DNA of 32,000 nucleotides. Origin: Acaryochloris marina MBIC11017 (GTDB lineage Bacteria; Cyanobacteriota; Cyanobacteriia; Thermosynechococcales; Thermosynechococcaceae). A program made the translations under genes and the position numbers. Each line of letters opens with the position of its first letter. Position 1 is the stretch's first letter. The stretch covers positions 2,850,001-2,882,000 of the forward strand of contig NC_009925.1 of assembly GCF_000018105.1 (NCBI RefSeq), given 5' to 3'. Under the pieces are notes generated by a model. The model did no database searches. It saw nothing but the letters and a program-made list of their open reading frames with translations, and was not told the DNA's origin. Below are positions 14,439 to 21,687 of this stretch, piece after piece.

Positions 14439-17180
14439 ATGGAAGTTCTCTCCGTTACGCTGAAAAACTTTAAGGCCCATCGCGATCGCTACTATGAATT
14501 CCGACCGGGGGCCAATGCCATTTGCGGTGAAAATGGATCAGGGAAGACTAGCATCCTGGAAGCCATTGCCTGGGTTCTATTCGATCACAGTGAATATAAA
14601 CGAGCCGAACTGATTAGCGTCGGGGCTAAAAGTGCCCAGGCCATGGTCAGCTTTATCTCCCACTTGGATGGGCGGATCTATGAGGTGCGTCGCTGTACCA
14701 GCCGTGGCTATGAGGTTCACGACCCCCAACTCAACCGCAAGCTAGAACTGAAAAAACTGGATGATGTTCGCTGCTGGCTCTGTGAGCACTTGGGGGTGGG
14801 GGTCCATACGGAACTCGCCAAACTCTTTGCGGAAACCATTGGCATTCCCCAGGGCACCTTTACAGTAGATTTCCTCAAATCGGCGGGCGATCGCAAAAAG
14901 GTATTCGATCCCATCCTCAAGGTGGAAGAGTATAAACAGGCCTACGATCAGGCCCAAAAATTAACCAGCTATGCCCAGGCCCAAGTCCAACAGCTAGAAC
15001 AGCAATTACAGAGCTATGACCAGCAACTCGAAGGCTGGGAAGCACTGAAACAACAGAAGCTAGAGCTGGCCAACACCTTGACTCAACAGCAGGCCCAGAT
15101 GCAAACCCTGGCCCAGCAGTTGGCCGAGATGCAGACGGAACTCCAATATTTAAAGGCCAAAGACCAGGCCATCCAAACCCTAGAAAAACAGGTTCAGCAT
15201 CTCCAAACCCAATGGACCAGTAAACAGGAAATTCTCCAGCTCTTAGAAGAGAATTGGCAGCAGGCCGATCAAGCCGTTCAGATTTGCCGTCAGCATCGGC
15301 CCCAATTTCAGGCCTATCAAACAGCCCAAGAGTCCCTCAAAGACCTCGCTCAGCAGCAGAAGCAACGACAGCAACTGTTGCAAGAACGCGATCGCATCCA
15401 AACTACCCTGCGGGATCAGCAAGTCTTGCTCTCCCAAAACCAAGGCCAGCTTTCCACCTTCGCCAAAATGGAAACAGAACTCCAGGACTGGCAAACCAAA
15501 GTTCCCCAGCAACAGCACCTCGAACAAGAAAAGACTACCTGCCAGCAAGCTCTACAAACCCTGGTCTCAGAACAACAGCAGCTGCAACGACTGCAAGAAC
15601 TGCGCCACAAACAGCAGCAGCATCGGGAAACCCTCAGCCAGACTATTAGCCAACTGGTCACCCTAGAGCCCCAAGTTCAAGCCATTCCGAACTTTGAAAC
15701 TCAGCAGCAGCAGATTCAAGAACGACTGGGACGGATTGCCGCCGCCCAGCAATTTGCCACAGAATTACAGACCTTAATCACCGAAGCTGAACCCCAACAG
15801 CAGCAATACCAACAACAAGTCGGCAAAGCCAAAGCGCTCCTCAAGAGCCTATCTCTCACCCAAGCCCAAACTACCCAACTCTCCACTCTCCTAGACCAGG
15901 GGGCGGCCCTCACCCACCAAATTATTCAGCAGCTACAAACGGCGTTTGCCGACATTATTGATCCGCAGGCGGTTACCAAGCTCAAGCAACAGCTTCAACA
16001 GATTAAAACCCAACTCAAAGCCGCCCAAAAAGCCCAGACCCAGTGGCTGATGTTAGAGGCCAAGCAGCAGCAGCTGACAGAGCTGGATCAAGGGATGGAG
16101 TCCTGGCAGCAGGAGTGCGATCGCATCCAAGTCTCCCTCAACCAAGAACCCCAACTCCAAAGCCAGCTCAAACAGCTCAACACCCAGCTCACAGAGCTAA
16201 ACAACCCCCAGGGCCATGTCAGCATCCTAACCAAACAGTTGCAAGAGGCTGCCCAACTAGAAGCCGAAATTGCCCGTCTCCAACAGGCTTGTCAACGGCA
16301 TGAACAGTCCCTCACCACCGTTGATACCCAGATCAAAGCCTTGGGAGATCTGGAGGCCCAAGTCGATGCCCAACAGCAGATCCAGCAGGAGCATCAGGAG
16401 GTCTATCAGCTCTATTTACGCCATCGAAATCAGGCTAATACGTTTAAAGAACTGGATCAGCAACGCCGAGGGGCAATGGCAACCCAAGCTCAGCTTCAAA
16501 CTCAGCTCACAGCAGCTCAAGCCCAATGGCAGGAGAAGCTGCACGTCCATAAACCGGAGCGTTTAGCAGAATTAAGTCAAACCTATGAACAACTGCAGCG
16601 CCAGCATGATCAACTTCAGGGTGGGTTGGCACCGCAACAGGCACAGCTTCAATATTTAGACCAACAACTGCAAGCTAAGCAAGCCCTTGCCCAAGAGCGT
16701 GATCAAATCCTAATCACCCTAGACAGCAAGCGCCAAATCTCACAGTTTGTCACGGACGCTCGCAATATCTATAAGCAAAGCGGTCCCCGGATCACCAAAT
16801 TCTATCTCACGGAAATTTCTTGGGAAGCCGATCGGTTGTATCGAGAACTGCTAGATCGACCAGACGTGGCTTTACAGTGGACTGAAGATTATGAAATCCA
16901 GGTACAAGAACAGGGCCACTGGCGTACCTTCAAGAGCCTGTCTGGTGGTGAGCAAATGTGTGCGGCGCTAGCGGTGCGATTAGCCTTACTGAAAGTCCTA
17001 GTGGATATCAATATTGCGTTTTTCGACGAGCCCACCACGAACATGGATGAACTGCGTCGTCGGCAGTTGGCCGAAGCCTTAGGGCATCTCAAATCCTTTC
17101 ATCAGCTATTTGTAATTAGCCATGATGACACCTTTGAGAGCGTTACAGAAAATATTATTCGGGTCGAGCGAGCCAGTTAA
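14439..17180 (+). CDS. SbcC/Rad50/SMC-like ABC ATPase with a long Gln-rich coiled coil
   Basis: 913 aa. The N-terminal head has FRPGANAICGENGSGKTSILEA (Walker A). The C-terminal head has SLSGGEQ (signature), IAFFDEPTTNMD (Walker B/D-loop) and FVISHD (H-loop). About 600 residues of heptad-like, Q-dominated sequence lie between the heads. Confidence 0.8.
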   Translation: MEVLSVTLKNFKAHRDRYYEFRPGANAICGENGSGKTSILEAIAWVLFDHSEYKRAELISVGAKSAQAMVSFISHLDGRIYEVRRCTSRGYEVHDPQLNRKLELKKLDDVRCWLCEHLGVGVHTELAKLFAETIGIPQGTFTVDFLKSAGDRKKVFDPILKVEEYKQAYDQAQKLTSYAQAQVQQLEQQLQSYDQQLEGWEALKQQKLELANTLTQQQAQMQTLAQQLAEMQTELQYLKAKDQAIQTLEKQVQHLQTQWTSKQEILQLLEENWQQADQAVQICRQHRPQFQAYQTAQESLKDLAQQQKQRQQLLQERDRIQTTLRDQQVLLSQNQGQLSTFAKMETELQDWQTKVPQQQHLEQEKTTCQQALQTLVSEQQQLQRLQELRHKQQQHRETLSQTISQLVTLEPQVQAIPNFETQQQQIQERLGRIAAAQQFATELQTLITEAEPQQQQYQQQVGKAKALLKSLSLTQAQTTQLSTLLDQGAALTHQIIQQLQTAFADIIDPQAVTKLKQQLQQIKTQLKAAQKAQTQWLMLEAKQQQLTELDQGMESWQQECDRIQVSLNQEPQLQSQLKQLNTQLTELNNPQGHVSILTKQLQEAAQLEAEIARLQQACQRHEQSLTTVDTQIKALGDLEAQVDAQQQIQQEHQEVYQLYLRHRNQANTFKELDQQRRGAMATQAQLQTQLTAAQAQWQEKLHVHKPERLAELSQTYEQLQRQHDQLQGGLAPQQAQLQYLDQQLQAKQALAQERDQILITLDSKRQISQFVTDARNIYKQSGPRITKFYLTEISWEADRLYRELLDRPDVALQWTEDYEIQVQEQGHWRTFKSLSGGEQMCAALAVRLALLKVLVDINIAFFDEPTTNMDELRRRQLAEALGHLKSFHQLFVISHDDTFESVTENIIRVERAS

Positions 17181-17208
17181 AGCTTCAGGCTCAGAGGCTC
17201 TCACTCCT

Positions 17209-17700
17209 TTAAGGGGTCGTCCATTGGGTCACAGGTGCCGCAATTTGCTGCTGTTTTTGGTAGGCCGCCACTTCTTGCTGACACATGCTTAGACTGTTCT
17301 GTTCAGTGTCACCCACGGATTTAATATGATGCATTTTAGTCAGGGGGACTTCAACTTCCAGAGCATTTTCATAGGGTGAACCTAAGGACAACACTTCCAA
17401 GCGCTGATTCTTAGCCGTGCCCGTAAAACAACTGAACTCGGATTGGGGATAGAAAAATGCACCTGTGACTGTCTGGCCTTGCTTTTTGAACACAACATAG
17501 CCGTGGCCGATTTGATTGGCCTGATCCGTATCGCCATAGAGATACGTACCATCGGCAAGGGGAGCCGCAGAGCCAGAGGCTGCAATATTTGTAGGTTCTG
17601 CAACCGCGATACCAGTGCTTCCTAACACCAGGGCACTGCTGACCGCTAATACAGTTTTCAGAGAACCAGAGAGGATTGAAGCTTGGGGAAATCTTTTCAT
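17209..17700 (-). CDS. Secreted hypothetical protein (signal peptide)
   Basis: 163 aa. The N-terminus is MKRFPQASILSGSLKTVLAVSSALVLGSTGIAVA|EP. I recognise no domain. Confidence 0.6.
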   Translation of the reverse strand: MKRFPQASILSGSLKTVLAVSSALVLGSTGIAVAEPTNIAASGSAAPLADGTYLYGDTDQANQIGHGYVVFKKQGQTVTGAFFYPQSEFSCFTGTAKNQRLEVLSLGSPYENALEVEVPLTKMHHIKSVGDTEQNSLSMCQQEVAAYQKQQQIAAPVTQWTTP

Positions 17701-17798
17701 TTTTAAAGTCTCACTACCACTTGTTTAATCTTCAGTTAAAAACCTAGGAAAAACCGTGATCTTGTTGTGTCTAAACCGTGCTTTAAATCAATCATGTG

Positions 17799-17814
17799 TG
17801 TGATCAAAATCACC
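17799..17814. promoter_or_regulatory. CRP/SYCRP1-like palindrome TGTGA-N6-TCACc
   Basis: TGTGATCAAAATCACC lies about 100 nt upstream of the minus-strand start at 17700. It matches 9 of the 10 half-site positions of TGTGA-N6-TCACA. Confidence 0.3.
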
Positions 17815-18211
17815 CTTAATCCTGCATCTTTTTATTCCTCATTTTTTGGTTACTAAATAAAATCTGAGAGGCTGGATGGGGGAAGAAAATCGAGGGCGCA
17901 GTCAACTCCGTGTAATTGCTTATCTATACTGTGGCAGTTTCTTCATAGACCTCACAATGGTGGATACACTGAGCCTATCGAGGCCAGATGAGCAGAACCT
18001 GTGAGGGATACAAAAATCTGATGAGACTTCCGTATATATACGGTTGTTCTACTTTTTGTTCTCACTTCAACGCCCCACTAAAAAGAGGAAGGGCAAGCCA
18101 AATGTATCAGGTTGTAAACTCAAATCTTGGCCTATTTTCTAGCCATCAATCTGCTAAGAAATCCTTCTGTCTCAAGGCTGATTACCACTTTGAGCCCTGC
18201 TTGATCGCCCT

Positions 18212-18227
18212 TGTGATCCGGATCATG
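18212..18227. promoter_or_regulatory. CRP-like palindrome TGTGA-N6-TCAtg (core TGATCCGGATCA is a perfect 12-nt palindrome)
   Basis: TGTGATCCGGATCATG lies about 170 nt upstream of ATG 18399. Confidence 0.25.
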
Positions 18228-18398
18228 AAAAGACTTGATGTACGTTACAGCACAGAGATGGGCAAAAGAAGAATATAACCTTGTGAGTTAGATTCTTCGT
18301 GGATTTAACCTTCAGTCAGGTGGTATCGACAACAGTAAGTCCGCTGTAATTCTGCTTACATCCGTTTCGTTCTCTATCTTTTGAGGAGGGTACACCCC

Positions 18399-18947
18399 AT
18401 GACTCCAGAAGCCAAACAAATCCTGGTTCAACTTCGAGAAACCTTCTACGCCCAATTTGCAACGGCTATGAAACGGGACGTGTCTGTTACCAAAGACAAC
18501 TCCCTCATTTTTAGCCCATCTCTCGCTGCGATCTCATCTTGGGTCGATGATCATCAACGCTTTAACTATCTCAGCGTTCAGGCCCATACTGCTCCCGATG
18601 CCCTCTTCCCCGATCGTCCCCTAACCTTGCAGGTGACCATTAACCCGGCTAGTGGTGTCTTCACCAATACCAAGAGCGTTCATAAAAAAACGGGATTGAG
18701 CCTCAACGCAGATTGGAGCCTCAACCTCACGGTATTACCCGAAGAGATTGTAGAAATGGCCCATTGGGTCGCCAGCTGGATTCATTCCCAAGATAATGAC
18801 AGCATTGCCATTGCTGCTCCTTATCGCCTCAAGGTCACGCCCACTGAAAACAGCGACGACTATCAAGTTTGGACGCAAACTGCTTGGTATAGCCTCCATC
18901 CAGAAGAGCAGCCTGCTACTCCCGTGGACCAGCCCCAAGCGGCTTAA
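18399..18947 (+). CDS. Hypothetical protein
   Basis: The ORF is 18381..18947. ATG 18399 is preceded by GAGGAGGG (18383-18390), so I prefer it as the start. I recognise no domain. Confidence 0.55.
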   Translation: MTPEAKQILVQLRETFYAQFATAMKRDVSVTKDNSLIFSPSLAAISSWVDDHQRFNYLSVQAHTAPDALFPDRPLTLQVTINPASGVFTNTKSVHKKTGLSLNADWSLNLTVLPEEIVEMAHWVASWIHSQDNDSIAIAAPYRLKVTPTENSDDYQVWTQTAWYSLHPEEQPATPVDQPQAA

Positions 18948-18965
18948 TGACAGTTGCTATATCAG

Positions 18966-19015
18966 ATCGCCCAGGGCTAGCCCTCTGCTGCACTCCATCA
19001 GACCTCCTGGGCGAT
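18966..19015 (+). other. 10-bp perfect inverted repeat (ATCGCCCAGG / CCTGGGCGAT) with a 30-nt loop, just after the 18947 stop
   Basis: The arms are 18966-18975 and 19006-19015, and the loop contains a nested palindrome GGGCTAGCCC. No U-tract follows. Confidence 0.4.
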
Positions 19016-19080
19016 TACCTCCAGCTCAGCAACGCCCACCACGCTAAAGTGAGGACGATGCTTTCTGGCAAAAAGCGCTT

Positions 19081-19818
19081 GTGAAACCGTCGAATTCTGC
19101 TCCTACTCAACCTTGGAATGCCCGAGAAACCGTAGGATTAACGATCTTGGTTTTGGTCGTTTTTTTCAGTATCAGTACTGCGATCGCACTCTTCTTCGTC
19201 ATCGTACAGTTGGTGACGGATCCTAGCCTTACCCCAGACATCGCTCTAGCGGCCATCGAAACCAATGGCTTGGCCCTGTCCTTAGCTACCCTCATTTCAG
19301 GGATTGTGGCTAGCGGCCTGATTGTCGCCCTGTTGAAAATCCGTCCGGCCTTCACCGTTAAGCAGTACCTTGCCCTGCGCAACCCCCGCTGGACTGACTG
19401 GTTGATCTGGCACGGCCTCTTACTGGCCCTAATGGTGCTGTCAGAATCGGTGCTGCGGGCCTTGGAATATCAAGAAACATTTACTGCCCAGATCTATCAA
19501 ACCGCTCAATTCCCCATCCTGCTCTACATTGCCATTGTGGGAATTGCCCCCGTGTTTGAGGAACTGCTCTTTCGAGGGTTTCTCTTTCAGGGGCTGCAAA
19601 GATCTCGACTTGGACCAGCCGGTGCCGTTTTAATTACAGCAGTGGGCTGGGCTATTTTACATGTGCAGTATGGCTCTCTCATCATCTGCCAAATCGTTTG
19701 CTTTGGCCTGCTGTTTGGGGTGGCCCGCTGGAAAACCCAATCCTTGTTGGTGCCTCTTTCAATGCATTGTCTCAACAATTTGTTAGCCCTGTTGATCACT
19801 AGCCTGCAACAGCCTTAG
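19081..19818 (+). CDS. CPBP-family (CAAX/Abi) intramembrane glutamic protease
   Basis: 245 aa with a GTG start and multiple TM helices. Motif 1 is APVFEELLFRGFLF (EExxxR), then WAILHVQY, and motif 3 is SMHCLNN (HxxxN). Confidence 0.8.
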   Translation: MKPSNSAPTQPWNARETVGLTILVLVVFFSISTAIALFFVIVQLVTDPSLTPDIALAAIETNGLALSLATLISGIVASGLIVALLKIRPAFTVKQYLALRNPRWTDWLIWHGLLLALMVLSESVLRALEYQETFTAQIYQTAQFPILLYIAIVGIAPVFEELLFRGFLFQGLQRSRLGPAGAVLITAVGWAILHVQYGSLIICQIVCFGLLFGVARWKTQSLLVPLSMHCLNNLLALLITSLQQP

Positions 19819-19974
19819 CATCAGGGCTCTAGAGTAACGTCGTATCAAGCTTTTCTCAGGGACTGTATGGGACTCGATTCATCCCAAAGACTACTGCTAA
19901 ACTAAAGTACAAACGCTTTAATAACGCGATATTCACATACGCCTGATTTACGTCTTACAACGGTTGAAGTCATT

Positions 19975-20475
19975 ATGCCTAGCGACAATTTTATAGATAA
20001 AGCTTTTTCAGCAATGTCCGATGTCGTCATGAAAGTGATTCCTACGGATCAAAAGTCCAAAGATGCTTTCAAATACTATCGGTCCGGGATGGCTGCTCAG
20101 GTAGATGGCAACTATGCAAAAGCACTGGGCAACTATACCGAAGCACTGGCTTTAGAAGAAGATCCCTTCGACAAAAGCTATATCCTCTACAATATGGGCT
20201 TGATCTTTGCCAATAACGGCGATCATGAAAAAGCCTTGGATTACTACCATCAATCGTTAGAGTTAAATCCCAATTTAGTCCAAGCGTTGTATAACACTGG
20301 GGTCATCCTCCATTACAAGGGCGAACAGGCTGAAGAAGCCGCTGAATTGGATGAAGCCGAACGCTTTTTTGACCTAGCGGCCGACTTCTGGAAGCGGGCT
20401 ATTAAAATTGCCCCTAACAACTATAGTGAAGTGCAAAACTGGCTGAAGACCACGGGACGCGTCGGCGTCGGCTAG
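19975..20475 (+). CDS. ycf3: Photosystem I assembly protein Ycf3 (TPR)
   Basis: 166 aa. It reads [23 protein letters not shown]...[67 protein letters not shown]..., collinear with Ycf3. Confidence 0.92.
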   Translation: MPSDNFIDKAFSAMSDVVMKVIPTDQKSKDAFKYYRSGMAAQVDGNYAKALGNYTEALALEEDPFDKSYILYNMGLIFANNGDHEKALDYYHQSLELNPNLVQALYNTGVILHYKGEQAEEAAELDEAERFFDLAADFWKRAIKIAPNNYSEVQNWLKTTGRVGVG

Positions 20476-20479
20476 CCCT

Positions 20480-20574
20480 AGGAAAGAGGTCAGTCCTTTA
20501 AACCGCTTTCCTCTTTTCCTCACCCTGACCTCCAAAGACAAGCATCCGTTATCGTCCCCCTAGAAATTTCTAGG
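20480..20574. terminator. Hairpins between convergent ycf3 and the eamA-like gene
   Basis: AGGAAAGAGG (20480-20489) pairs with CCTCTTTTCCT (20510-20520), leaving one bulged T. There is also a perfect 16-nt palindrome CCTAGAAATTTCTAGG at 20559-20574. Confidence 0.4.
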
Positions 20575-20600
20575 AGGACTTGCAATATATATCGAAATGC

Positions 20601-21485
20601 TTATCCAGTCTGGGCCAATAATAGTCCGACCCCAATCACCGCCACAAAGGCCCCCAGCCATGCCCGGGAACTAATGCGCTCTCCCATCAGCACGGCCATA
20701 GGCAAGATAAATAAAGGACTCGTGGCATTCAAGGTTTGAGAAATCCCGGTTACCGTGTACTTGAGGGAGAGCTGCTGCAGCCAAATCCCCAAATAGGTCC
20801 CCGCAAACGAGGCCGCCAAAAGTCGGAGCAGCAGATCGGTAGTATTCATGGCTTGCCACCAGGTCTGAAGCTGCCGCCGCACCACTCCCCACACCACCAC
20901 AACCACCACACCAGCCGCCAACCGCAACAAAGCGCCCCATTGAGGACTTACGGTTGTATTGTCTAAAGCCGTCCGCGATAAAATCGCACCAATGGCCTGA
21001 GCCAAAGATGCTAAGACGGCATAGAACAAACCCAGACCTTGATGTTTCACCGCATGGGTTTCAGCAGCCCGCTCACTAATCACCCAGACAATGCCCATAA
21101 TGGTGACAGCAATTCCCACCCAGGCAAACGGAGAGAGCTGCTCTCGCAAAAACCACAGGGCCAGACAGGCCGACAAGGGAGGCGCTAGGGTGCCGAGTAG
21201 CAGCGTTCGTCGTGCCCCCAAATACCGTAAGGCTTCTAGATACACCGTATCGCCAAACCCAATCCCAATCGCCCCACTGAGAAGCAACAACAGGCTGCTT
21301 CTTCCGGCCAAAGCTGGCGCATCCAGTCTCTGGACAACGATAGTCATTCCCAAGAGGGCAATCGCGATTACCCCTTTGCCTAGATTCAAGGCCAGGGCAG
21401 GGGCTCGACGGCCTAAGGTAGCATAAATCATCGACGCCACGGCCCATAGGAACGCTGCACTGACAGCGGCAATTTCTCCGATCAT
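20601..21485 (-). CDS. EamA/DMT-superfamily transporter
   Basis: 294 aa with about 10 hydrophobic helices arranged as two EamA-like halves. Confidence 0.8.
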   Translation of the reverse strand: MIGEIAAVSAAFLWAVASMIYATLGRRAPALALNLGKGVIAIALLGMTIVVQRLDAPALAGRSSLLLLLSGAIGIGFGDTVYLEALRYLGARRTLLLGTLAPPLSACLALWFLREQLSPFAWVGIAVTIMGIVWVISERAAETHAVKHQGLGLFYAVLASLAQAIGAILSRTALDNTTVSPQWGALLRLAAGVVVVVVWGVVRRQLQTWWQAMNTTDLLLRLLAASFAGTYLGIWLQQLSLKYTVTGISQTLNATSPLFILPMAVLMGERISSRAWLGAFVAVIGVGLLLAQTG

Positions 21486-21687
21486 GGTGTCGGCACGATG
21501 GAATGGCTGAATTGAATGCTCGTCATCTTAGCGGGTCATGGCTCATCGGGGTATGGAGGCTCATATTGGCATTTCAGGTATGTTTAAGCATCAAACTGGG
21601 AAGACTGGCAAATATTATGCTCTTGCGAATCTATTTTGGCGCAACAAGGGCTTAGGCTTAACAATGGTATGTCCTGGGGAGTGATTT

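Noticed and set aside
14772-14783. CWLC (aa 112-115 of the SMC-like protein) as a Rad50/SbcC zinc hook
   Set aside because: It lies in the N-terminal ATPase head, not at the coiled-coil apex where the hook must sit.
14717-16566. The many 60-130 aa ORFs in other frames and strands inside the SMC-like gene (for example 15254..15649, 15243..15548, 16043..16303)
   Set aside because: They are shadow ORFs caused by the CAG/CAA-rich, stop-poor coiled-coil coding sequence. Their products are low-complexity (Pro/Ala/Arg or Cys/Ser/Trp rich), and the main frame has clear ABC-ATPase heads.
17988-18278. 96-aa ORF in the long intergenic gap
   Set aside because: It has no Shine-Dalgarno-like sequence, an atypical composition and no recognisable fold motif. 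I treated the region as non-coding (see finding).
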